Below are positions 6,641-15,407 of a stretch of 35,860 nt of DNA, piece by piece (positions within the stretch are counted from its first letter, which is position 1; each line of letters begins with the position of its first letter). The stretch covers positions 1-35,860 of the IMG/VR virus record IMGVR_UViG_3300016662_000067; one strand, given 5' to 3'. The stretch is from a virus. Lineage: Duplodnaviria; Caudoviricetes. A program made the translations under genes and the position numbers. The notes beneath the pieces were generated by a model. The model did not search any database, had not been told where the DNA came from, and saw only the letters and a program-made list of their open reading frames with translations.

Positions 6641-8607
6641 TGGCAAGCAAGGCTTTCAACCCGATCCCGCTGGAAGACGACGCGTGGTTCACCGCCAGCG
6701 AGCTGGAGGACCTCGGCCTTCCCGGCCTGCCCGGCGACAAGCGGTCGATCAACCGCCGCGCGGCTGCCGAGCGCTGGGCCACCCGTCTCGGCCCTGACAA
6801 CCGCCTGCTCGTGCGCAAGCGGCAGGGCCGGGGCGGCGGGGTCGAGTTCCATTGCAGCCTGCTCCCCGGCGAGGCCCGGATCGAGCTCGCGCGGCGCGGC
6901 CTGATCCGCACCCGCCCGGCCGAGGCGACCGGCGGACAGGACACCGCCTGGGCGTGGTTCGACAGGCAGAGCAGCAAGGTGAAGGCCGAGGCGCAGCGCC
7001 GCCTCGATGTCGTGGGCGCGGTCGAGCTGCTGTGCGAGGCGGGCGCCAACCGCAGCGCCGCCGTCGCCGCCGCTGCCGACGAGCACCGCGTCGGCCGATC
7101 GACCCTGTGGGTCTGGCTGGGCGCGGTCGAGGGCATCCCGCGCGCCGACTGGCTGGTCGCGCTCGCCCCGCGCCGGCAGGGCGGCGGGGCCGAGGCGGAT
7201 ATCCATCCCGATCTCTGGCAGGCCTTCATCAGCGACTATCTGCGCGCCTCCGCGCCGACGCTCACCAGCTGCTACCACCGCGTCGCCCGGATGGCCGAAG
7301 CAAGAGGCCTCTCGATGGCCTCTGAGAGGACCTTCAGGCGCCGCGTGGAACGCGAGTATCCGGCCGCGCTGCTGACCCTCAAGCGCGAGGGCGAGGAAGC
7401 CCTGCGCCGCTCGATCCCGGCCCAGCGCCGCACGGTCGAGGAGCTGCGCGCGCTCGAGTGCGTCAACATCGACGGCCACAAGTTCGACGTCTTCGTGACG
7501 ACGCCCGATGGCCGCGTGGTTCGCCCGATCATGGTGGCGATCCAGGACATCTACAGCCGCAAGCTGCTCGCGTGGCGCGTCGGGACCGAGGAATCGGCGA
7601 TCCAGATCCGGCTCGCCTTCGCCGACCTGTTCCGCAACTTCGGCATCCCGGCCGAGTGCGTGCTCGACAACGGCCGCGCCGGCGCCTCGAAGTGGATCAC
7701 CGGCGGGGCGAAGAGCCGCTTCCGCTTCAAGATCCGGCCCGAGGAGCCGACCGGCCTGCTCACCGGTCTCGGCGTGAAGATCCGCTGGGCGATGCCGTTC
7801 CGCGGCCAGTCCAAGCCGATCGAGCGCGCCTTCCGCGACCTGTGCGATTCGATCGCCAAGCATCCCGCCTGCGAGGGCGCCTACACCGGCAACAGCCCGA
7901 TGGCGAAGCCCGAGAACTACGGCAGCAAGGCCGTCGCCTGGGACCGCTTCGTCGCGCTGGTCGACGAGGAGATCGCGGCGCACAACGCGCGCCCGGGACG
8001 CCGCACCCAGACCGCGAACGGTCGCAGCTTCGACGAGGTCTTCGCCGAAAGCTACGCCGCCAGCACGATCGGCAAGGCGACGCCCGAGCAGCTGCGGATG
8101 GCGCTGCTCGCCGCCGACCAGAAGCTGGTCAACCGCCAGACCGGCGAGATCGAGCTGCACGGCAACCGCTACTGGCACCCCGAGCTTTCGAGCCGCCGGG
8201 GCCAGAAGGTCACGGTCCGCTTCGATCCCGATGCGCTGCACGCCGAGGTCCACGTCTACGACCTCGAGGGCCGCTACATCACCGCCGCAGACCTGATCGC
8301 CGACACCGGCTTCGCCGACGCCGCCGGCGCCAAGGAGGCCCGCAAGCGCGAGGTCAATTTCAAGAAGAGCGTGAAGGCGATGGCCGAGGCCGAGCAGCTG
8401 CTCTCGGCCGACCAGCTCGCCGACCTGCAGGCGGGCGTCGTGCCGGCCCGCACGCCCGCCGCCGGTGCGGTGCGCCCGGTGCGTCCGGCCGGGACCGCCG
8501 TCGGCCTTCCGCGCCCCCAGAACCCCGCTTCGTCCGAGCCCGCCCAGCTGAGCGTGCTCGAGCGGCAGCGCATCGGCCGCGCGAAAATCGCGGCCGCCAA
8601 CAACTGA
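6640..8607 (+). CDS. Mu-type DDE transposase (MuA-like)
   Basis: N-terminal Mu HTH (FTASEL..LGLPGLP), catalytic IDGHKFD / LDNGRA / SKPIERAF, C-terminal VRFDP domain. Confidence 0.95.
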   Translation: MASKAFNPIPLEDDAWFTASELEDLGLPGLPGDKRSINRRAAAERWATRLGPDNRLLVRKRQGRGGGVEFHCSLLPGEARIELARRGLIRTRPAEATGGQDTAWAWFDRQSSKVKAEAQRRLDVVGAVELLCEAGANRSAAVAAAADEHRVGRSTLWVWLGAVEGIPRADWLVALAPRRQGGGAEADIHPDLWQAFISDYLRASAPTLTSCYHRVARMAEARGLSMASERTFRRRVEREYPAALLTLKREGEEALRRSIPAQRRTVEELRALECVNIDGHKFDVFVTTPDGRVVRPIMVAIQDIYSRKLLAWRVGTEESAIQIRLAFADLFRNFGIPAECVLDNGRAGASKWITGGAKSRFRFKIRPEEPTGLLTGLGVKIRWAMPFRGQSKPIERAFRDLCDSIAKHPACEGAYTGNSPMAKPENYGSKAVAWDRFVALVDEEIAAHNARPGRRTQTANGRSFDEVFAESYAASTIGKATPEQLRMALLAADQKLVNRQTGEIELHGNRYWHPELSSRRGQKVTVRFDPDALHAEVHVYDLEGRYITAADLIADTGFADAAGAKEARKREVNFKKSVKAMAEAEQLLSADQLADLQAGVVPARTPAAGAVRPVRPAGTAVGLPRPQNPASSEPAQLSVLERQRIGRAKIAAANN

Positions 8608-8632
8608 TCCACCAACAGGGAGACAAGGGATC

Positions 8633-9607
8633 ATGATCAACGTGAAGGACCTGCCGGTTGACGTCGTCGAACAGCGTGACTGGCTCAACGCCTACCGCGA
8701 AATGAGCGACCCGCCGCTGTCATGGAAGCACCTCGCCAACGAGTCGGGCATCCCGGAAGGCACGCTGAGCACCTTCGCCGCCGGCACCTACGGGGCGAAG
8801 GACGGCGGCTCCAACATCGCCCGCAAGGTCTTCCAGTTCCGCCAGATGATCGAGGCGCAGTCGATGCGCCAGGCGAAGCTGCCGACCAATCCGGGCTACT
8901 TCGAGACCCGCACCTCGCTGCGGATGCTCGACCTGCTCGAGATCGCGCATTCGGGCCGCATCACCGTGGTCGGCACCGGGCCGGGCACCGGCAAGACCTT
9001 CACGATCAACGAATATGCCGAGCGCGCAGGCTCGACGGTGCGGGTGACGATGAGCCCCTCGACCGGCAACCTCCTCGCGATGAGCAAGGCGGTGCTCGCC
9101 GCGCTCGGGGTCGAGCCGCGCTACATCTCCAAGGCCGATGCCTCGGCGATGGTGGTGGCGCGGATGAGCGGCAAGCGCCTGCTGCTGGTGATCGACGAGG
9201 GCAACTGGCTCACCCTCGAATCCATCGAGCAGCTGCGCTTCTGGCACGACATGATGGGGATCGGGGTCTGCATCTTCGGCAACGAGCAGCTGGTGCAGAC
9301 GATCAAGACCGGGCCGAAGCGCGACCAGCTCGCGCGCCTCTTGAGCCGCATCGCCAACATGCACGAGCAGCGCACCCCGCTCCCCGAGGACGTCGCCAGC
9401 TTCTGCGATCACTGGGGGATCGAGCAGCCGGACATCCGCCGCTACCTCGAGAACATCGCCCTGACGCCCGACAGCGGGGGCCTGCGCGAGTGCAAGCAGC
9501 TGATCGAGGCGGCGACGATGCTGGCCGTGGCCGACGATCGCGGCCTCTCGATCTCCGACCTGCGCGACGCCCAGAGCGAACGCGCCACCCGGTGGATCCG
9601 GGCATGA
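8633..9607 (+). CDS. MuB-like transposition AAA+ ATPase
   Basis: N-terminal HTH, Walker A GPGTGKT, Walker B LLVIDEG; follows the transposase. Confidence 0.93.
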   Translation: MINVKDLPVDVVEQRDWLNAYREMSDPPLSWKHLANESGIPEGTLSTFAAGTYGAKDGGSNIARKVFQFRQMIEAQSMRQAKLPTNPGYFETRTSLRMLDLLEIAHSGRITVVGTGPGTGKTFTINEYAERAGSTVRVTMSPSTGNLLAMSKAVLAALGVEPRYISKADASAMVVARMSGKRLLLVIDEGNWLTLESIEQLRFWHDMMGIGVCIFGNEQLVQTIKTGPKRDQLARLLSRIANMHEQRTPLPEDVASFCDHWGIEQPDIRRYLENIALTPDSGGLRECKQLIEAATMLAVADDRGLSISDLRDAQSERATRWIRA

Positions 9608-9798
9608 GCGCGCCCGTTCCCGCCGTCCGTTCGGTCGATCAGCTTTGCGTGACCGAGCTGGTCGATGTGGCCTTCGCCTCCATCGAGCGAGGGCAATTGT
9701 TCAACGCCGCGCACTTCCTGCGCGTGGCCGCCGATCGCCTCGATCTGGCAGGGCGCCAGACCGAGCTCGTGGTCAGGCTGATGGGGCTCAAGCCGTGA
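9604..9798 (+). CDS. Hypothetical protein (64 aa)
   Basis: ATGA and GTGA overlaps at both ends. Confidence 0.6.
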   Translation: MSAPVPAVRSVDQLCVTELVDVAFASIERGQLFNAAHFLRVAADRLDLAGRQTELVVRLMGLKP

Positions 9799-9953
9799 CC
9801 CGCCTCCTCGACCTCACCCGCGAGGCCGCGCGCGCGCTCGATGCGGCGCGCGGCCCCGGCACCGCCCGATCGGAAGCGATCGGCACCGCACTCACCCTCG
9901 TCCTGTTCGCGATCCTCGCGATCGGGCTCGCCTCCATCACGGGAGATGCATGA
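9795..9953 (+). CDS. Small membrane protein (52 aa)
   Basis: GTGA coupling; C-terminal hydrophobic helix. Confidence 0.6.
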   Translation: MTRLLDLTREAARALDAARGPGTARSEAIGTALTLVLFAILAIGLASITGDA

Positions 9954-10156
9954 ACATGGAAGCGCTTCTCATCTCGATCCTCGCACCCATTGCGGGCGCG
10001 AGCTTCTATGCGCTCTCGCAAACTGCCTCAGCATATTCGCCCGGCAGCCGTCTCGAAGGCGCGCTCCTTTGCTGTGCGATGGGGGCCTTCGCCCTCACGA
10101 TGCTCGCCGCAGCCTTCAACCTCTGGATGCTCGTCAAGCCGGGAGTTTGCTCATGA
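9950..10156 (+). CDS. Small two-helix membrane protein
   Basis: GGAGA SD, coupled at both ends, two hydrophobic segments. Confidence 0.6.
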   Translation: MNMEALLISILAPIAGASFYALSQTASAYSPGSRLEGALLCCAMGAFALTMLAAAFNLWMLVKPGVCS

Positions 10157-10863
10157 CCTTCGCCCTCGCCACCAACGCCGCGCCTGCGCGCTTCGACCGG
10201 GCGGCGGGCCACCGCCGCGCCATGACGGCGAAGATCCACGTCGCCAAAAAGGATCTCGCGCTCGACGAGGACGACTATCGCCAGATCCTGCTCGAGGAGA
10301 CCGGGCAGACCAGCGCGGCCCGCTGCACCGAGGCCGAGCTGGAGAAGGTGATCCGCCGCTTCGAGGGGCTGGGCTGGAAGGCGCTGCCCAAGGCGTCCTC
10401 GACCGGCGCGTCGCGCCCGGCGCAGCACCCCGTCGCCCGCAAGGCGCGGGCGCTGTGGATCAGCCTCTACCACCTCGGCGCGGTCGAGAGTCCGACCGAG
10501 AAGGCGCTCGAGAGCTTCGCCAAGAGGCAGCTCAAGTGCGAGCGGCTCGTCTGGGCCAACCAGTCGCAGGGCTACAAGCTGATCGAGGCGCTGAAGGCGA
10601 TGGCCGTCCGGCATGGCTGGCCGCAGACCGATGACAAGGGCGCCGCGCTCTCGACGCGCGCGCTGCACGAAGGCCTGTGCCGCGCGATCCTCTGGAAGCT
10701 GAAGGGCGCGGGCGAGATCCCGGCCGACTGGACGATCAACACCGCCGCGTGGCGGCTGTGCGGGATCGACGTGCGCGAGCAGGCGCCGATGGGCGCGGAG
10801 GCCTACCAGAGCCTCGCCCAGGCGCTCGGGAAGAAGCTGCGCGAAGCGGGAGGTGCGAAGTGA
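10153..10863 (+). CDS. gemA: GemA / Mu gp16 family protein
   Basis: KIHVAKKDLALDEDDYRQIL...TGQTS...KARALW..L...LIEALKAM signature. Confidence 0.9.
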   Translation: MTFALATNAAPARFDRAAGHRRAMTAKIHVAKKDLALDEDDYRQILLEETGQTSAARCTEAELEKVIRRFEGLGWKALPKASSTGASRPAQHPVARKARALWISLYHLGAVESPTEKALESFAKRQLKCERLVWANQSQGYKLIEALKAMAVRHGWPQTDDKGAALSTRALHEGLCRAILWKLKGAGEIPADWTINTAAWRLCGIDVREQAPMGAEAYQSLAQALGKKLREAGGAK

Positions 10864-11075
10864 GCGGCTTCAAAAGCTTCGCCCTGACCCCTCCTCAGGC
10901 GGCTGTCGTGCGAGGGTGTCTAAGGCAGTCCGCCAAGGAGCTGAGAATGCTCATCCGTCGCAATGGTCCGGAGCTTCAGCCCCTGCTCGACGTGACCGAA
11001 GACCTGATCAGGCGCCTCGATGTCTACCTCGGCGCGATCAATCCGGCCCTCGCGCGCAAGGGAGACCTCAATTGA
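10860..11075 (+). CDS. Hypothetical protein (71 aa)
   Basis: GTGA coupling with GGAGG SD. Confidence 0.6.
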   Translation: MSGFKSFALTPPQAAVVRGCLRQSAKELRMLIRRNGPELQPLLDVTEDLIRRLDVYLGAINPALARKGDLN

Positions 11076-11275
11076 ACGCCCAGACCACCATGCTCCGACC
11101 CGCGCCCATGCTCTACTGGCCGGGCGAGACCAACCGCTGCCCCTGCTGTCAGGGCAAGGCGTGGAACGTCGGCCGCGTCACCGCCGAGTGCGCCGCCTGC
11201 GATCACCCCCTGCCGCTGGCGCACGCCCCGCAGGGCGGCGAGCCGGTCTGGGAAGGCCCGGAGCAGGCCGACTGA
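11072..11275 (+). CDS. Small zinc-ribbon protein
   Basis: CPCC-x13-CAAC; TTG start after GGAGA (alternative ATG at 11090). Confidence 0.7.
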   Translation: MNAQTTMLRPAPMLYWPGETNRCPCCQGKAWNVGRVTAECAACDHPLPLAHAPQGGEPVWEGPEQAD

Positions 11276-11451
11276 TGCCCGAGGCGCTCCGCAGCAAGCG
11301 CTGGTTCCGCCAGCTCTCCGCGCCCGAGCTGCTGGGCGCGTGCGGCTTCGAGCGCAGTGGCCCCAATGCGCTGAAGGCCTACCGCGAGATGCGCCGCCGC
11401 GCCGCGCTGGCGGACCTCGACGTGCGCGACTGGATCAGGCTCGTCCAGTGA
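11275..11451 (+). CDS. Hypothetical protein (58 aa)
   Basis: TGATG and GTGA coupling. Confidence 0.55.
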   Translation: MPEALRSKRWFRQLSAPELLGACGFERSGPNALKAYREMRRRAALADLDVRDWIRLVQ

Positions 11452-11849
11452 CCATCCCCGCCGATCCTCTTCCCCAGGTGCTGGCTGATATCGCCATGAT
11501 CGCGGGCGAGGAGGCGGCGCGCCGGGTGGCGGATGCGGTGGGCGGGACGCAGGTCTACATTCCGCCCAGCCCCGGCCCCGATCACTGGCTGAGCAAGCTG
11601 CTGGGTCTGGAAGCGGCGCGCCGCATCGCCGATCACTTCACCGCCGGCGTCGGCCCGGCCCGCATCGAGATCCCGCTCGGCGACGTCGGCTTCATGTCGA
11701 GCCAGCAGGCCCGCTGCGACGCGATGATCCTTGCCGGACGCAGCGAGCGTGACATCGCGCTCGCGCTCAGATACACGATCCGCGGCGTCCGCAAGCGCCG
11801 CGCCCGGCTGAAAGGCTTGCGCGATTCGCGGCAGGGCAACCTCTTCTGA
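11448..11849 (+). CDS. Mor/C-family late transcription activator
   Basis: LADIA..AGEEAA......GGTQVYIP and C-terminal HTH; last gene before lysis. Confidence 0.85.
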   Translation: MTIPADPLPQVLADIAMIAGEEAARRVADAVGGTQVYIPPSPGPDHWLSKLLGLEAARRIADHFTAGVGPARIEIPLGDVGFMSSQQARCDAMILAGRSERDIALALRYTIRGVRKRRARLKGLRDSRQGNLF

Positions 11850-11868
11850 CACCGCGACAGGCCTGACG

Positions 11869-11890
11869 CCCGGAACGTGTTCCGGGGCGC
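11869..11890 (+). promoter_or_regulatory. Late-promoter activator site 1
   Basis: Palindrome CCCGGAAC-GT-GTTCCGGG then GCGC; recurs at 20796-20817. Confidence 0.75.
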
Positions 11891-11923
11891 GGCAACCCCC
11901 GATTTCCCCCATCCAGCGGTGCC

Positions 11924-12508
11924 ATGACCACCGCGCTTCTCTCCGAACGGATGCTGCTCGAGATCGCCGAGCACGAGGGCCTCGTGCTCGAGGCCTATCG
12001 CGACAGCGAGGGCGTGCTGACCTGGGGCTTCGGCGTCACCGATGCCAGCGGGCACAAGGTCGGCCGCTACCTCAACAACCGCTCCTCGATCGAGCGTGCG
12101 GTCGAGGTCTTCGAGTGGCTGCTGCGCACGCGCTACCTGCCGCAGGTGCTCGCCGCCTTCCGCGGCCGGACCCTGACCGAGGCGCAGCTCACCGCCGCCC
12201 TTTCCTTCCACTGGAACACCGGCGCGATCGGGCAGGCCGACTGGGTGCAGAGCTTCCTGCTCGGCCGGCGCGAGAAGGCGTGGACCGAGTTCCTCTCCTG
12301 GTCGCGCCCGCGCGAGATCATCGCCCGGCGAAAGGCCGAGCGGCGCCTGTTCTTTGACGGCGTGTGGTCCGGCGACGGCGTCGTCACGATCTACGACCGG
12401 GTCAACCCGCGCGAGCCGAAGAACCCGGTCTGGAAGAGCGCGCGCGAGATCGACATCAAGGATCAGGTCCGCGCGGCGCTCGCCCGCAACAACCCGGGGC
12501 TCAGCTGA
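11924..12508 (+). CDS. Endolysin, phage lysozyme (GH24)
   Basis: HEGLVLEAYRDSEGVLTWGFG, E-x8-D-x5-T triad. Confidence 0.92.
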   Translation: MTTALLSERMLLEIAEHEGLVLEAYRDSEGVLTWGFGVTDASGHKVGRYLNNRSSIERAVEVFEWLLRTRYLPQVLAAFRGRTLTEAQLTAALSFHWNTGAIGQADWVQSFLLGRREKAWTEFLSWSRPREIIARRKAERRLFFDGVWSGDGVVTIYDRVNPREPKNPVWKSAREIDIKDQVRAALARNNPGLS

Positions 12509-13170
12509 TGGGCTGGGCGGGCATCTGGGCGCTGGCGCGCCTGCTCTTCTCGGGCGCGGCTGAGAAGCTCCTGAAGGGCCTCTCAGCGGCGGCCAAATGG
12601 CTGGTCGCCGACTGGCGGAACCTCTTCGTCGTCATCTTCGGGGTGACAGCGCTTTGGCAGGGCTGGGTGACGATCCCCGCTCGCGATCGCACGATCGCCG
12701 ACACCGAGGCGCTGCTTGCCGACACCCAGACCGCCTTCGTCGGGACCATCGTCAGCTACACCACCGCCAGCGCGAAGGCTCAGGTCGATGCCGAGGCGAA
12801 TGCTGCCCGCGTGAAGGCTGAACAGGAAAGGATCACCGATGCGAAACTCGGACGTTACCGTGCGGACCTTGCTCATCTGCGGAGCCGCTTTGCCCGCCTC
12901 GATGCTGATCGCCTGCGCCGGGGAGCAGGGGCCGGTAACGGTCCGCGCCGTGCCGACGCGGCTGATCTGCCCGGCGCCGGCGACGCCCCCGGCCGAGCTG
13001 CTGAAGCGTCCGGTCAAGACCGACTTCCTGCCCCCCGAGACCGACAGGCAATAGCCCTCTCCCTCGACGACGCCCTGATCGCCAGCGAGCAGGCGCTCCA
13101 GCTCAATGCCCTGATCGACTGGATCGAGGCGCAGTCCGCCGTTCGCTTCAACCCCGAGCCGCGCCGATGA
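12508..13170 (+). CDS. Inner-membrane spanin (Rz-like)
   Basis: N-terminal TM, coiled coil, follows the endolysin, contains an embedded lipoprotein gene. Confidence 0.8.
   Translation: MGWAGIWALARLLFSGAAEKLLKGLSAAAKWLVADWRNLFVVIFGVTALWQGWVTIPARDRTIADTEALLADTQTAFVGTIVSYTTASAKAQVDAEANAARVKAEQERITDAKLGRYRADLAHLRSRFARLDADRLRRGAGAGNGPRRADAADLPGAGDAPGRAAEASGQDRLPAPRDRQAIALSLDDALIASEQALQLNALIDWIEAQSAVRFNPEPRR
12839..13054 (+). CDS. Outer-membrane spanin lipoprotein (Rz1-like), embedded in the +1 frame
   Basis: AAGGA SD, lipobox LIAC, Pro-rich mature part. Confidence 0.78.
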   Translation: MRNSDVTVRTLLICGAALPASMLIACAGEQGPVTVRAVPTRLICPAPATPPAELLKRPVKTDFLPPETDRQ

Positions 13171-13391
13171 CCGCGCCGCTGGATCTGGGGGAGTGCGGGC
13201 TGGAGCGCGCCGAGGCCTTCGAGCGGCTCGAGAAGGAGGCGGCTGTCCGGCGCATCCGCAACAACCTCACCGGCCTCGGCGAGGAGTTCTGCCTCGGCTG
13301 CGGCGACCGGATCGAGGAGGCGCGCCGGGTGGCGCTGCCCTCGGCCCGGCGCTGCACGCCATGCCAGACCGATCACGAGAGGCGCCGGTGA
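13167..13391 (+). CDS. TraR/DksA C4 zinc-finger protein
   Basis: CLGCGDRIEEARRVALPSARRCTPCQ. Confidence 0.92.
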   Translation: MTAPLDLGECGLERAEAFERLEKEAAVRRIRNNLTGLGEEFCLGCGDRIEEARRVALPSARRCTPCQTDHERRR

Positions 13392-13852
13392 CCGAGCCCC
13401 TCTCCTTCTCGACCTTCCTCAAGCTCTGGCTGCCGACGCTGGCGGTCGCGCTTGTGGTGCCCGAGCCGCACGCCTCGCTGGGAGACCGCTTCCTGATGGA
13501 TCTTCACGGCCTGCCGATCCCGGTGGTGACCTGCATCCTCGGTCTGGTCGGCATCATCGCCGCGCGTCCCTTCACGGTGCGCGCCGAGGCCGAGCTGGGC
13601 TGGCCGCTGCGCCTGCTCGTGACCTTCATCATGCTCGTCCTGGTCGAGCTCTGGATCATCGAGAACCGCCCGGGCTGGCTGTTCGCCTTCGTCGTGGCGA
13701 TCGGCCTCGGCTTCTCCGGCTTCTCCCTCCTCGAGCTGTTCGGCAGTGAAGTGAAGGACCTCATCCGCCGCGCCTTCAGGCAGGCCGGCTCATCCATGTC
13801 CTCAAGCAGCGAAGCGGTAGGGCCGCAAGAACAAGGATCAGACGGCCCATGA
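13388..13852 (+). CDS. Multi-pass membrane protein, holin candidate
   Basis: About four hydrophobic helices and a hydrophilic tail; in the lysis block. Confidence 0.6.
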   Translation: MTEPLSFSTFLKLWLPTLAVALVVPEPHASLGDRFLMDLHGLPIPVVTCILGLVGIIAARPFTVRAEAELGWPLRLLVTFIMLVLVELWIIENRPGWLFAFVVAIGLGFSGFSLLELFGSEVKDLIRRAFRQAGSSMSSSSEAVGPQEQGSDGP

Positions 13853-14298
13853 GCCACCGCGACATTCTCGAGCTGCTGATCATCCTCCTGATCGTCGCCG
13901 GCATCGCCGCCGCGATCTGGCGCGGCGGCGCGCGCAACCCGGTCGGCACCGGCGGGCTCGACCGCAAGCTGACCGCGCTCTCGGGCGAGGTGAAGGCGAT
14001 CAACACCACGATCGGCAGCCGGTTTGCCGGCATGGAAGGCAAGGTCGACGAGATCGAGCGCCGGGTCGAAGCGATCGAGGGCGACACCGCCAGCACCGCC
14101 GATGTGAAGCGGATCGAGAAGGCGATCGACCGGATCGCCAAGGCGCAGGCCGACATCGAGAGCCGCCAGCGCGCCCTGTCGGACAGGCAGGGCGAGCACG
14201 CCCAGACCTCGGCCGCCACCGCCGCCACCGTCCAGCAGATCGCCAAGCAGGTCGATCTGATCATGTCCGTCGTCGTGCCCAAGGGGATGGAGAAGTGA
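13849..14298 (+). CDS. Membrane-anchored coiled-coil protein (Mu gp25 position)
   Basis: N-terminal TM plus heptads; synteny before the gp26/gp27-like genes. Confidence 0.7.
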   Translation: MSHRDILELLIILLIVAGIAAAIWRGGARNPVGTGGLDRKLTALSGEVKAINTTIGSRFAGMEGKVDEIERRVEAIEGDTASTADVKRIEKAIDRIAKAQADIESRQRALSDRQGEHAQTSAATAATVQQIAKQVDLIMSVVVPKGMEK

Positions 14299-14603
14299 GC
14301 CTCAAGACCGATCTTGCCGAAGCCATCGCCCGCGAGGCGCGGCTCTCGATCCTGCGCGCCCTAGCGGAGCAGACCGATAGTCGACTGTCCGATATCCTCC
14401 TCAAGCGGGCGCTGGACCTCTACGGCTACCGCCGCGACCGCGACTGGATCCGCACCCATATGCGCAAGCTTGAGGATCTCGGCGCCGTCAGCCTGCACGA
14501 GGCCGGCACGGTGCTAATCGCCAAGCTGGAGCGCGCGGGTAGGGACCATCTCGAAGAGCGCAGCGTGATCGAGGGCATCGCGCGCCCGGCCGAGGCCGAC
14601 TGA
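14295..14603 (+). CDS. Mu gp26-like winged-helix protein
   Basis: RLSILRAL...L...L...G....RD.IRT....LEDLGAV...G.D......IEGIARP. Confidence 0.85.
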   Translation: MSLKTDLAEAIAREARLSILRALAEQTDSRLSDILLKRALDLYGYRRDRDWIRTHMRKLEDLGAVSLHEAGTVLIAKLERAGRDHLEERSVIEGIARPAEAD

Positions 14604-14604
14604 G

Positions 14605-15198
14605 ATGGCGCGCAATCCCGATCGCAAGCAAGGCCGAGGGCACCTCTCGTCGATCGATCTGCTGATGCAGGACGAGCGGATGGTGCCTGTCGTCATGTGG
14701 GCCAACCAGCAGCTCGACCTTCGTCGGCTCCCCGCGAACGTTATCCTTGCAGAGTTCAATGAGCGCATTCTCGATATCGATCCCTCCGCCAAGCCGATCA
14801 GCAAAAGCTCGTTCAATCGGCACTCGGTGAAACTGGCGATCGCCCATCGCGAGACCAGCGAGATGAACAATATCGCTGCCGCGCTCGGGGAGCGGCGTGA
14901 TCCTGCCGCACCTGACCATCTGACCATGATGATCGCGGAGCTCACCAAGATTACGATCTACCACCTGCTCGGCAAGCGCGACGATTTCTCCATGAAGGAG
15001 ATCATGGAAGCGACCAGGGCGCTCAAGGAAGCTGCTGCCGCCGAGAACATCAGTCTCACCCGCCGCGAGCGACATCAGAAAATCGTTGATGATGCCTGCA
15101 AGGAGCTGGCGGGCAAGGTCGATGAGATTGGCAAGAAGAAGGGCGTCTCGCCCGAGGCGCTGGCCGCGATCAATCGCGCGCTGATGGGGCAGGGCTGA
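14605..15198 (+). CDS. Small terminase, Mu gp27/DUF3486-like
   Basis: GRGHLSSIDLL...ISKSSFNRHS, C-terminal GVSPE; synteny. Confidence 0.8.
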   Translation: MARNPDRKQGRGHLSSIDLLMQDERMVPVVMWANQQLDLRRLPANVILAEFNERILDIDPSAKPISKSSFNRHSVKLAIAHRETSEMNNIAAALGERRDPAAPDHLTMMIAELTKITIYHLLGKRDDFSMKEIMEATRALKEAAAAENISLTRRERHQKIVDDACKELAGKVDEIGKKKGVSPEALAAINRALMGQG

Positions 15199-15407
15199 TG
15201 AGGGGCGAAGTGGAAATCCCCGGCGGCGATCCCGTCGTTTATGGCGCTGATGCTGCGCTAGTGCTCGGCGAACGCGTGTTCGAGATGCTTGAACGGCTTC
15301 AGCCGATGCTCGGCATTCACCCCAATGCCAGGATCAACGGGGTGATCCTGATCGACGGCAAGCCCTACAAGCTTGCCCTGTCAGCGTGGGAACAACCCAA
15401 TGGGTAA
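15198..15407 (+). CDS. Hypothetical protein (69 aa)
   Basis: TGATG coupling; overlaps the terminase start. Confidence 0.6.
   Translation: MRGEVEIPGGDPVVYGADAALVLGERVFEMLERLQPMLGIHPNARINGVILIDGKPYKLALSAWEQPNG

Noticed and set aside
6421-8688. Long minus-strand ORF opposite the transposase (likewise 2309..3949, 15334..16713, 16760..19093, 20837..22291, 26265..28445, 30349..33075)
   Set aside because: Antisense shadows of GC-rich genes; no motifs, biased composition.
11869-11886. GAAC-N2-GTTC as a host SOS box
   Set aside because: Spacing matches neither the alphaproteobacterial GTTC-N7-GTTC nor the Gram-positive GAAC-N4-GTTC box.
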